From: Patescibacteria group bacterium
Lineage (GTDB): Bacteria; Patescibacteriota; Patescibacteriia; UBA2196
Direction: 5' to 3'
Length of the DNA: 49,212 nucleotides
Assembly (NCBI GenBank): GCA_028748975.1
Contig: JAQTPI010000002.1
Span: forward strand, 1-49,212
Shown here: piece by piece, positions 25,947 to 34,663 of the stretch
Layout of the letters: each line of letters opens with the position of its first letter
Numbering within the stretch: position 1 is the stretch's first letter
Made by a program: the position numbers and the translations under genes
Notes under the pieces: model-generated
Told to the model about the DNA's origin: nothing
What the model saw: the letters and a program-made list of their open reading frames with translations, nothing else
Database searches by the model: none

Positions 25947-26957
25947 ATGTGGTTTACTCCCAAAATTATTAAAAAAATTGAGAAAGCGGGCTTAATCGGC
26001 CGCGGGTGCAACAACTTTCCCGTGGCGAGAAAATGGGAAGCAGTAAGAAAGGCCCGGGGCAAAGAGAAGTTTGTGATCTGCAATATTTCCGAGTCCGAAC
26101 CCGGGGTTTTTAAGGACCGCCATATTTTGCGCCATCACCCAGAAAGAGTAATTGACGGCATGATTTTGGCTATGGATACTGTTGGCGCGAAAAATGGATT
26201 TATTTATTTAAATCCGGAATATTTTACCGAATTTAATGCCAAACTGCGAGAAATAATTGATTTGAAAATCGGTGGAATCGGCATGATTGAACTTTTTGAA
26301 AAACCTTTTCACGACTACATCGGCGGGGATGAAACCGCGCTTTTGAATTCGCTGGAAGGCAAGCGGGTGGAGCCGAGATTGAAACCGCCCTATCCGGTGA
26401 ATTTTGGTTTGGAGGGCAAACCCACCTTGATTAATAATTGTGAAACTTTTTATGCCATAAGTTTGATTGCTGAAAACAAATACAAAAATACCAAATTTTA
26501 TTCTCTGTCCGGCGCGGGCGTGGAAACAGCGGTAAAAGAATTGCCGGTGGACATTACTGTTAAAAAAATGCTCCAGGAATTCGACCACGAGCCGAGTGAA
26601 AAATATTTCTATCAAGTCGGCGGAGGAGCGGCTGGCACTTGCTATAATTTCAAGCAATTGAATAGAAAATTTGACGGCTTGGCTTCAGTTATAATTTATA
26701 GTATGGAAGAATCGCCTAAAAATGTGGTGATGAAGTGGCTGAATTTTTTTGAAGACGAATCCTGCGGACAGTGCGTGCCCTGCCGCGAAGGAACCTATCG
26801 TTTGAGGAATTTGATGAGAAAATATTTTGAAACAGAAAATTTAGATAAAGAAATTTTTGACGATTTGGTTTTCACTTTGGAAAATACTTCCTTTTGCGCG
26901 TTGGGCAAAGTTTCCACCAATGCGGTTTTGAGTTATTTGAAAAACGTGAGGAAATAA
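25947..26957 (+). CDS. NuoF/HydB-like FMN/NADH-binding subunit (short form)
   Basis: GRGCNNFP, NISESEPG, YIGGDETALLNSLEG, ESCGQCVPCREG...SFCALG (one 4Fe-4S). Confidence 0.88.
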   Translation: MWFTPKIIKKIEKAGLIGRGCNNFPVARKWEAVRKARGKEKFVICNISESEPGVFKDRHILRHHPERVIDGMILAMDTVGAKNGFIYLNPEYFTEFNAKLREIIDLKIGGIGMIELFEKPFHDYIGGDETALLNSLEGKRVEPRLKPPYPVNFGLEGKPTLINNCETFYAISLIAENKYKNTKFYSLSGAGVETAVKELPVDITVKKMLQEFDHEPSEKYFYQVGGGAAGTCYNFKQLNRKFDGLASVIIYSMEESPKNVVMKWLNFFEDESCGQCVPCREGTYRLRNLMRKYFETENLDKEIFDDLVFTLENTSFCALGKVSTNAVLSYLKNVRK

Positions 26958-26968
26958 AAAACTGTCTC

Positions 26969-27127
26969 CTATGAGACAGTTTCCGCCGGACAGTTTGTTG
27001 CCATCCATGTGATGAGAAGAGGGGATGTTCCCACGACGAACGGGGCGGCCGCTCCTTTTGTAAGAATTAACAGGCCCCATACGGCGATGGCTGTGACCCA
27101 GACTGCAACCTTTTCTCTTGTTTTCAT
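26969..27127 (-). CDS. Small membrane peptide, 52 aa
   Basis: AAGGAG SD, TTGACA-17-TATACT promoter (27190-27162). Confidence 0.55.
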   Translation of the reverse strand: MKTREKVAVWVTAIAVWGLLILTKGAAAPFVVGTSPLLITWMATNCPAETVS

Positions 27128-27294
27128 TTTTGTTTTTCTCCTTGTTTGTGATTGTGTGTTTAGTATATCATATTTAAAAATTATTGTCAAGCGATTTTTG
27201 GGGATAATTTTCGGAAAATGCCAAATTTTGGCTAAGATTAGCGGAAATTTAGCCACGAATTAATGCGAATTTAGGGCGAATTTTGCGAATAATT

Positions 27295-27410
27295 ACAACC
27301 CCTCTGTTCCGCTGTTGCGGAACACCTCCCCTTCGAAAGGGGAGGATAGCGACGCGGTTATCCCCTCCTTTCGAAGGAGGGGTGGCCGATAGCAATCGGC
27401 CGGGGTGGTT
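27295..27410. repeat. Pair of oppositely oriented CCCCTCC-family elements
   Basis: 27295-27348 and 27358-27410; similar pair at 42304-42427. Confidence 0.85.
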
Positions 27411-27463
27411 GTAATTTGCGTAAAATCGCGTATAAACTCGCGTGGAATCGCGATTATAAAGAA

Positions 27464-29407
27464 ATGAAAAAAATAAAATTCACAATCAACGGCAAAGAAT
27501 ATTTCGCGAAAAAAGGCGAGACGGTTTTGGATGTGGCTTTGCGCGAAAAAATTGAAATTCCACATTTGTGCAAGCATCCGGATCTGAAAATCAAAGGCAA
27601 CTGCCGGATGTGCTTGGTGGAGGCAGGCGGCCAAATTACCACCGCTTGTTCCACCGAAGTTCTGCCCGATTTGACAATCAAAACCAACACTAAAGAAGTG
27701 GAGCGCGGACGAAAAATAAATTTGGAATTGATTTTTTCCGAACACATTGAAAAATGTCCGACCTGCCTTTACCAAGACAATTGCACAATTTTAAAATATG
27801 CCGCCAAATATAATGTAAAAATCGCGCGGTTTGAAGACCGCAAGAAAAATTTTCCGGTTTGGCAGTTTTCCGATTCCATCCAATTTGATTCTTCCAAATG
27901 TATTGATTGCCGCAATTGCGAAGAGGTTTGCCGCGAAAAACAAGCGTGCAGTTTTTATGAAATTACGGAAGATAAGGGGGAAGACCAAATTATAAAACCC
28001 AAAGGGGAAGCAAACGGAAATCAGAAATTAGAAACCAGAAATCAGGGGGTAGACTTGTTAAAAAACGATCCGAATAAATTTGACTGCACCTATTGCGGGC
28101 AGTGCGTGACGCATTGTCCGGTCGGCGCCATTGCCGGTGTGTCGCACTGGCAGGCAGTGGAAAAATTATTACAAAATAAAAATGGCAAGGTTTTGATAGC
28201 GGAAATCGCGCCGTCAATTCGTGTTTCCATTGGCGAAGAATTCGGACAAGATTACGGCAAAATTATGACGGGACAATTGGCCGCTTCCATGAAAGCGCTT
28301 GGTTTTGATTATGCTTTTGATGTTAATTTGGGCGCGGATTTTACCACCTATGAAGAAGCTAAAGAATTGGTTAAATGGATTACCGAAGATAAACCGCGGC
28401 CGATGTTCACTTCCTGCTGTCCAGCTTGGGTGAAATTCGTGGAATTTTTCTATCCCGAATTTATTTCGCATTTAACTTCTGCCAATTCCCCTCACATGTG
28501 TTCCGGCCCGGTGATTAAAACTTTTTTTGCCGATTATTTGAAAAAAGACCCGCGCGATATTGAAATTGTTTCCATTATGCCTTGTACTTCCAAAAAACAC
28601 GAAATTGGTTTAGAAAAGCATCGAATTGATTTGGGCTGGTGTCTGGAACGGCTGGACTTGCCAAATATCGCCAGTGTTTGCCAAAGCCGCGGCGGATTGG
28701 CGGGGATTAAAGTGCCGGCGGTGGACCATATTTTGACCACGCGCGAATACGCATTTCTTTTGCATAAAAATAAAATTGATTTGCCAAATTTGAAACCAAT
28801 TGATTTGGACAGGCCACTCGGCGTGTCTTCCGGCGCCGGCGCGATTTATGGCGCTTCGGGCGGGGTCATGGAGTCCGCGCTCCGCAGCGCCGATTATTTT
28901 TTCCGTGTTTTAGACGAAACCGGTTCACTTGACCCGGTCATTAAGGGTGAAAATTATAAATTAAAGAAGAAAAGATTTTCTAAAATTTCTCAAAGCCGGA
29001 TTGAATTCAGAGAAGCGCGGGGACAGGCGGGAATTAAAACCGCACGCGTGAAAGTTGGGGGCAGAAAGTTAAATATCGCGGTGGCCAATGGCTTGGGTAA
29101 TGCCAAGAAAATTTTGGAAGATTTGAAAGCCGGCCGCGTCAAATATGATTATGTGGAGGTGATGGCCTGTCCCGGCGGCTGTATTGGCGGCGGAGGACAG
29201 CCGATTCCGACCAACGCGGAAATCAGAGCGAAGCGAGCGGCGGCTTTATATGAAATTGATAAAAATTTGCCAGTGCGCACGGCGCATGAAAATCCCAGTG
29301 TTTTGGAGGTTTATAACAAATATTTCAAAGGCGATGAAGAATTAATTGAGCATGTTTTGCATTCTAAGTTTAAAGTAAAGGAGCGCGAAGGTTACAAAGA
29401 GGTGTAG
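27464..29407 (+). CDS. hydA: [FeFe]-hydrogenase catalytic subunit (group A, M3-type architecture)
   Basis: 2Fe-2S (HLC..GNCRMC..TAC), HxxxCxxCxxxxxC, two 4Fe-4S (CIDCRNC, CTYCGQC), H-cluster motifs TSCCPAW, MPCTSKKHE, EVMACPGGCIGG; start moved to ATG at 27464. Confidence 0.93.
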   Translation: MKKIKFTINGKEYFAKKGETVLDVALREKIEIPHLCKHPDLKIKGNCRMCLVEAGGQITTACSTEVLPDLTIKTNTKEVERGRKINLELIFSEHIEKCPTCLYQDNCTILKYAAKYNVKIARFEDRKKNFPVWQFSDSIQFDSSKCIDCRNCEEVCREKQACSFYEITEDKGEDQIIKPKGEANGNQKLETRNQGVDLLKNDPNKFDCTYCGQCVTHCPVGAIAGVSHWQAVEKLLQNKNGKVLIAEIAPSIRVSIGEEFGQDYGKIMTGQLAASMKALGFDYAFDVNLGADFTTYEEAKELVKWITEDKPRPMFTSCCPAWVKFVEFFYPEFISHLTSANSPHMCSGPVIKTFFADYLKKDPRDIEIVSIMPCTSKKHEIGLEKHRIDLGWCLERLDLPNIASVCQSRGGLAGIKVPAVDHILTTREYAFLLHKNKIDLPNLKPIDLDRPLGVSSGAGAIYGASGGVMESALRSADYFFRVLDETGSLDPVIKGENYKLKKKRFSKISQSRIEFREARGQAGIKTARVKVGGRKLNIAVANGLGNAKKILEDLKAGRVKYDYVEVMACPGGCIGGGGQPIPTNAEIRAKRAAALYEIDKNLPVRTAHENPSVLEVYNKYFKGDEELIEHVLHSKFKVKEREGYKEV

Positions 29408-29571
29408 CCAGTGGTTTATCCCGAGCGATCCAAAGTACTTGGGGGAGCCGAGGGATCTCGGTTGAAGGTAATAAGTAACTAGTAATAAGTAATAAGGGCG
29501 ACAAAAAAATAAAATCGCCCCAGTTTGCAACTGAAGCGATAAGAGCGAATGTTTTTTGTAGTTTTGAAAAA

Positions 29572-29766
29572 TTAGGTTTCTAATACTTCGGTCGCACAAT
29601 GAGTACAATATTTGTCTTCGGGTCTTAATTCTTTTCCGCAAGTTTTACATTTTGGATAAATTATTTCTTTAAGCCTTCTGCCACAGCGATTACAGAAAAT
29701 AGCACCAAGACCAAATAACGTATCGCCATACCTTGTGCAAGCTCGATTTTCGCAAACTTTTGACAT
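29572..29766 (-). CDS. Double zinc-ribbon protein, 64 aa
   Basis: Four Cys pairs; GGGAG SD. Confidence 0.7.
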   Translation of the reverse strand: MSKVCENRACTRYGDTLFGLGAIFCNRCGRRLKEIIYPKCKTCGKELRPEDKYCTHCATEVLET

Positions 29767-29857
29767 TCCTTTCTCCCTTTCTGACTTTTTAGGCCATTTT
29801 GTGTGATTTATGAAGGTTCGATAATTACAGACTAATTATAGCGCAGTTTAAAATTTT

Positions 29858-30448
29858 ATGTCAATAGCTACAACTTTATCCAAAATTCGAGTTGGTTATC
29901 TGATTAAATTTATTTTACTTCTGGCGCTGGCTACTGGCGCGCCGATTTTGGGGATTCATTCGCAGTGGCTTACCGGACCGATTGTTAATATGGCTTTAAT
30001 TTTAAGCGTGTTTTTGGTCGGCGTGCGCGGGGCGGTTTTAATCGGGCTTTTGCCTTCCACCATCGCACTTGGCACGGGACTTTTGCCAGCGGCGCTCGCA
30101 CCCATGGTGCCTTTTATTATTATTTCAAATATAATTTTAGTATTTTGTATTTCTTTTTTCCGTCATTCCGAGGGAGGTCCGATGAATATCGGACCGACCG
30201 ATGGAATCTCGGTTGAAGACCCCATCGCTTCGCTCGGGATGACGAATAAAAAATACTGGCTTGGTTTACTTTTTGCCGCCGGCCTGAAATTTCTTTTCCT
30301 TTTCCTAACTTCCGGTATCGTGATAAAATTACTGTTGAATCAAAAGCTCGCGCTCCCCGTGGCACAAATGATGAGCTGGCCCCAGTTTTATACCGCGCTT
30401 ATTGGTGGAATTTTAGCGTTTGTGGTTTTGAAAATTTTAAAAAAATAA
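29858..30448 (+). CDS. ECF transporter S-component-like membrane protein with an in-frame element insertion
   Basis: QWLTGPIVNMAL...PFIIISN...KF.FLF...QFYTALIGG pattern of S components. Confidence 0.75.
   Translation: MSIATTLSKIRVGYLIKFILLLALATGAPILGIHSQWLTGPIVNMALILSVFLVGVRGAVLIGLLPSTIALGTGLLPAALAPMVPFIIISNIILVFCISFFRHSEGGPMNIGPTDGISVEDPIASLGMTNKKYWLGLLFAAGLKFLFLFLTSGIVIKLLLNQKLALPVAQMMSWPQFYTALIGGILAFVVLKILKK
30161..30244. repeat. GTCAT...ATGAC element, 84 bp, in frame in the ECF S-component gene
   Basis: Translates as RHSEGGPMNIGPTDGISVEDPIASLGMT. Confidence 0.9.
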
Positions 30449-30514
30449 TCAAAATTCTAACTGCCTTTAGGCAAGGTTTTGACCTCCCCTAAAGGGGGTT
30501 AGAAATTAAATTCT

Positions 30515-30772
30515 ATGGACAAAAATCTCAAACTCCAAATTTTGGAGCAAATGTCTGGTCTTGTCACCGCCGGACTAGGGTTGGTGGCGGCTTTGGCCTG
30601 GAACGAAGCCATTAAGAAAATGTTTGAAAAAATCTTCGGCAGCCAGTCCAATTTAATCGCCATGTTCGGCTACGCGGTTTTGGTCACGGTTTTGGTGGTT
30701 ATACTTTCCATGCGCATTGGTAAATTGGTGGCGAAGTTGAAATCCACGAATAATGCTAATGAGGGCGAATAG
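30515..30772 (+). CDS. Small two-TM protein (DUF5654-like)
   Basis: LVTAGLGLVAALAWNEAI...YAVLVT motif. Confidence 0.75.
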   Translation: MDKNLKLQILEQMSGLVTAGLGLVAALAWNEAIKKMFEKIFGSQSNLIAMFGYAVLVTVLVVILSMRIGKLVAKLKSTNNANEGE

Positions 30773-30838
30773 CGCGAATTTTGAAGGAATAAAAAAACCG
30801 GAGTAAGGATGTCTCCGGTTATCAAAATGTTGTGTAAA

Positions 30839-31078
30839 TTATTTTATCCGCACTGCTTCTATTAAATTTTTAAAGCCATTTTTAATTTCAAGTTCGGTGA
30901 CTGCTGTTAATTTTGTAAAATTGCCTTCAAGACTGGCAGCAAGGGTGAGAATTGCCTGGGATAAAGCAAGGGTTGCCGTAACCTGAGCTCCGGGAAAATT
31001 TTCTTGTTCAAGTTCACGCAAGCATTGTTCCTGAGACTCTTTTGTTTGATTTTCATAGACACACGAAAAGCTTTTCAT
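30839..31078 (-). CDS. Hypothetical protein, 79 aa
   Basis: AAGGAG SD; promoter TTGACA-17-TATACT (31176-31148). Confidence 0.65.
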   Translation of the reverse strand: MKSFSCVYENQTKESQEQCLRELEQENFPGAQVTATLALSQAILTLAASLEGNFTKLTAVTELEIKNGFKNLIEAVRIK

Positions 31079-31169
31079 TTACAGCTCCTTCCTTTTTTGG
31101 CTCAATTGAGCCGTTATTGTGAGTTGTTTATATGGTTGTGATTTTTAAGTATAGCATGTTTAATTTTTT

Positions 31170-32450
31170 ATGTCAAATCCGAAAATTAAGTCCATAAAAG
31201 CAATTAAAAATCTGAAAAATAAAACAGTGCTTGTGCGCTGTGATTTTGATGTTCCGTTGAAACAACAAACAACAAACAACAAACAACAAACGACAAAAAA
31301 GTCGTCAGTTGTAAGTTGTAAGTTGTCGGTTGCTGACGACTCGCGGCTGCGGGCGGCAACTCCGACGATAAAATATCTTTTATCAAAAGGCGCGAGAGTG
31401 GTTTTGATGGGACACCTTGGCAGACCGGGCGGAGTGGTGAAAAAGGAATTGTCACTTTTGCCGGTGAAAAATCGATTGGGAAAATTACTTGGTGAGAAAA
31501 TAAGTTTTATATCTGACGAGATCCCATCGCTCGCTACGCTCGCTCGGGATGACGGTCGGTTGATAATGTTGGAAAATCTGCGCTTCAATCCCGGCGAGGA
31601 GAAAAATGACCCTAAATTTGCCAAGAAATTGGCGAAATTGGGCGATATTTATGTTAATGAGGCCTTTGCCGTCTCGCACCGAAGCGCGGCTTCGGTGGAC
31701 GCCATAAAAAAGTTTTTGCCATCTTATGCCGGTTTGAATTTGGAGCAGGAAATTTTACATCTGTCGGCGGTTCTAAACAAACCGCAAAAACCAATGGTGG
31801 CCATCATCGGCGGCGCGAAGATTGAAACTAAACTGCCAATGATCAAACAATTTTTGAAATCCGCGGATTACATTTTAATCGGCGGGGGAGTGGCGAATGA
31901 TTTTTTGAAAGCAAGGGGTTATGAGATTTATGGGTCGTTGGTGGACGATGATTATATAAATGAAGCCGGTAAAATATTAAAGAAATCAGAAATCGGAAAT
32001 CAGAAATCAGGAGAAGCAAAGTTAATTTTGCCAATAGATGTTGTTTGGTCTGACAATAAAATCAGGAGTTTATCCGCCGGAGCGTCTAAAGGGACGCCGG
32101 GGAGCGCAGGCGGAAAAACTCCAAAAATTTTGGATATCGGGCCGAAAACAATTTGGTTGTTTAGTGGTATAATTAAGAAAGCCAAGACGATTGTCTGGAA
32201 CGGTCCCATGGGCTATTTTGAAGACAAAAAATTTGCAACGGGCACAGAGAAAATAGCTGAAGTAATTTTGGCTAATAAAAAAGCGCAAAGAATAATTGGT
32301 GGTGGTGAAACAGGGGAAGTAATACAAAAAATAATCAGAAATCAGAAATCAGAAATTAGGAAAAATATTTTTATTTCCATTGGTGGTGGCGCCATGCTAG
32401 AGTATCTTGGAGGTAAAAAATTACCCGGATTGGATAAATTAATTAAATAG
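31170..32450 (+). CDS. pgk: Phosphoglycerate kinase (four repeat-derived segments)
   Basis: VRCDFDVP, HLGRP, LENLRF, GGAKIETK, WNGPMG, GGGET, SIGGGA. Confidence 0.96.
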   Translation: MSNPKIKSIKAIKNLKNKTVLVRCDFDVPLKQQTTNNKQQTTKKSSVVSCKLSVADDSRLRAATPTIKYLLSKGARVVLMGHLGRPGGVVKKELSLLPVKNRLGKLLGEKISFISDEIPSLATLARDDGRLIMLENLRFNPGEEKNDPKFAKKLAKLGDIYVNEAFAVSHRSAASVDAIKKFLPSYAGLNLEQEILHLSAVLNKPQKPMVAIIGGAKIETKLPMIKQFLKSADYILIGGGVANDFLKARGYEIYGSLVDDDYINEAGKILKKSEIGNQKSGEAKLILPIDVVWSDNKIRSLSAGASKGTPGSAGGKTPKILDIGPKTIWLFSGIIKKAKTIVWNGPMGYFEDKKFATGTEKIAEVILANKKAQRIIGGGETGEVIQKIIRNQKSEIRKNIFISIGGGAMLEYLGGKKLPGLDKLIK

Positions 32451-32453
32451 TTT

Positions 32454-32614
32454 TGTCATTCCGACCGAAGCCAGAACGATAGAGAGGGCGGAGTGCCCGC
32501 CCGAACGACTGACGTTGTTCAGTCGGGCGGGGAGGAATCCCTTATATTTCCCATATGAGATAGGCGAAGGGATCCCTTGGCTCTAAGCGACCCTAAAGGC
32601 CGTTCGGGATGACA
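32454..32614. repeat. GTCAT...ATGAC element carrying a nested 36-bp hairpin (32496-32531)
   Basis: TGTCATTCCG...CGGGATGACA termini; CCCGCCCGA...TCGGGCGGG inside the left arm. Confidence 0.88.
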
Positions 32615-32624
32615 ACTACTTTAT

Positions 32625-33914
32625 ATGAAAAAATTTGTTATAGAAAAAATCACCGCTCGTGAAATTCTTGATTCGCGCGGCAACCCGACAGTGGAAACCA
32701 CGGTGATTTTGGATTGCGGAATTAAGACTAAAGCCTCGGTGCCTTCCGGCGCTTCCACTGGGGAGCATGAAGCGTTTGAATTGCGCGATAATGACAAAAA
32801 AAGATACGGCGGATTGGGAGTTTTGAAAGCGTGCGCCAGCGTGGAAAAAATCAGCCGTAAATTAAAAGGCATGAATATTTTGGAGCAGAAAAAAATTGAC
32901 GAAGCCATGATTGAACTTGATGGTACGGATAATAAATCTAAATTCGGCGCCAACGCAATCTTATCAGTATCATTGGCTTGCGCCCGCGCCGGAGCACTGG
33001 TGGCGGGAGTAGAACTTTATGAATATTTGCGGAAGATTTACGAATTACGAATTACGAATTACGAATTACCAATCCCAATGTTCAACATTTTTAACGGCGG
33101 CAAACACGCGGACACAAATTTGAATTTGCAGGAATTCATGATCGTGCCGATTGGCCTTAAGAATTTTTCCGAGCAACTTCGCGCGGGGGCGGAAATTTTT
33201 CATGCTTTGGGCGAGGTCTTGAAAAAAAACCATCTGGATACTGATGTGGGCAATGAGGGTGGTTACGCGCCAAACATTGATAACACTATGCAGGCGTTTG
33301 ATTTAATTATGGAAGCGATTGTAAAGGCCGGCTATAAACCTGGCGCGGAAGTGGCACTGGCGCTGGATGTGGGCGCTTCGGAATTATATGATGAAGAAAA
33401 ACGGCTTTATACTTTTGATTTAGATGATTATTATCTTATGGCTTCGCAATTAATTTCCCTTTATCGCGATTGGGCGACAAAATATCCGATTATTTCCATT
33501 GAAGACGGGCTCGCGGAAAATTCTTGGGAAGATTGGGAGGAATTGACCAAAGAATTTGCGCGTTTCAAACCGCACGCCAGTTTTGATAAAATGTTACTCG
33601 TGGGCGATGATTTTTTTACTACCAATGCCAAACGGCTGGAAGCCGGCGTAAAAAGAAGCGCGGGCAACGCGGTAATTTTGAAACCAAACCAGATTGGGAC
33701 TTTGTCAGAGGCGATTGAGTTTGCCAAAGTTGCCAGAGAAAATAATTATACGATTGTGGTGAGCCACCGTTCCGGTGAAACCTGCGATGATTTTATTGCG
33801 GATTTGGCGGTGGCGATTAGTTCTGAGTTTGTAAAATTCGGGTCGCTGTCGAGGGGGGAGAGGGTAACGAAGTATAATCGGCTGTTGGAGATTTTTTCAG
33901 TAGTGTTATTCTGA
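32625..33914 (+). CDS. eno: Enolase
   Basis: REILDSRGNPTVE, VPSGASTG, ILKPNQIG, SHRSGET; stop supplied by an element half. Confidence 0.97.
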   Translation: MKKFVIEKITAREILDSRGNPTVETTVILDCGIKTKASVPSGASTGEHEAFELRDNDKKRYGGLGVLKACASVEKISRKLKGMNILEQKKIDEAMIELDGTDNKSKFGANAILSVSLACARAGALVAGVELYEYLRKIYELRITNYELPIPMFNIFNGGKHADTNLNLQEFMIVPIGLKNFSEQLRAGAEIFHALGEVLKKNHLDTDVGNEGGYAPNIDNTMQAFDLIMEAIVKAGYKPGAEVALALDVGASELYDEEKRLYTFDLDDYYLMASQLISLYRDWATKYPIISIEDGLAENSWEDWEELTKEFARFKPHASFDKMLLVGDDFFTTNAKRLEAGVKRSAGNAVILKPNQIGTLSEAIEFAKVARENNYTIVVSHRSGETCDDFIADLAVAISSEFVKFGSLSRGERVTKYNRLLEIFSVVLF

Positions 33915-34046
33915 TCCGCCGGCTAGCGGAGAAGGATTTCGGAAAAAATCAAATAGAATAATTCAATAATCTAATAAAAATATTTTCGCCGCCAGGCGAT
34001 TTTATTTTTTCTATAAATATCACGATCGTGGTATACGTGGAAAAAT

Positions 34047-34088
34047 AAAATTATACAAAACGTGCGACCGTACGTTTTGTATAATTTT
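34047..34088. repeat. AT-rich inverted repeat with 17-bp arms
   Basis: AAAATTATACAAAACGT-GCGACCGT-ACGTTTTGTATAATTTT. Confidence 0.8.
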
Positions 34089-34156
34089 TATAAAATAAAT
34101 AATAAAATAAAAAGCCGCCGAGCGCGAAGCGCTCGGCGGAGGTGTTATAAACGTGA

Positions 34157-34648
34157 TCAACTGTATTCCGGGTGGAAGATGTATCCGAAATGTGGAAATT
34201 TGATTGCTTTTTCCACAATCGCTTCTTTCCACCATTCCAGATTGTCGCTTTCCCGTCCTTCTTTGACCCAATGGTTATGGATGATTAAAAACATGTTGAC
34301 TGTCCGGAAACAATTGAGAGTCGCTTCCAGAGCAATAACCATCTTTTTGTGCCCCTTTTTACGCTGGAAAACAATTTCTTGCTCCAGCGTCGCTATCTTC
34401 CCTTTAACCAGGAAGGGCGATCCCTTTACCGGCGCGATGTATTTTTCCACCACCGCATGGACGATTAATTTTTCATCGTCCGAAAGAACCGGTTCGGATT
34501 TTTGGCCGGCACGCGAGTGGGCGAGAATCAATATCTCCGTTTCCATGTTGCTTTTTTCGCGTTCCATCTTTTGTGACGCTACGATGCCCAGATTTTTCGG
34601 CAGTTTATCTTTTACTGCCGCAAATGCTTCGGCCAGATCTCCGGCCAT
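34157..34648 (-). CDS. Hypothetical protein, 163 aa
   Basis: AAGGAGG SD; downstream GC-rich hairpin at ~34113-34140. Confidence 0.75.
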   Translation of the reverse strand: MAGDLAEAFAAVKDKLPKNLGIVASQKMEREKSNMETEILILAHSRAGQKSEPVLSDDEKLIVHAVVEKYIAPVKGSPFLVKGKIATLEQEIVFQRKKGHKKMVIALEATLNCFRTVNMFLIIHNHWVKEGRESDNLEWWKEAIVEKAIKFPHFGYIFHPEYS

Positions 34649-34663
34649 GGTTTTTCCTCCTTT

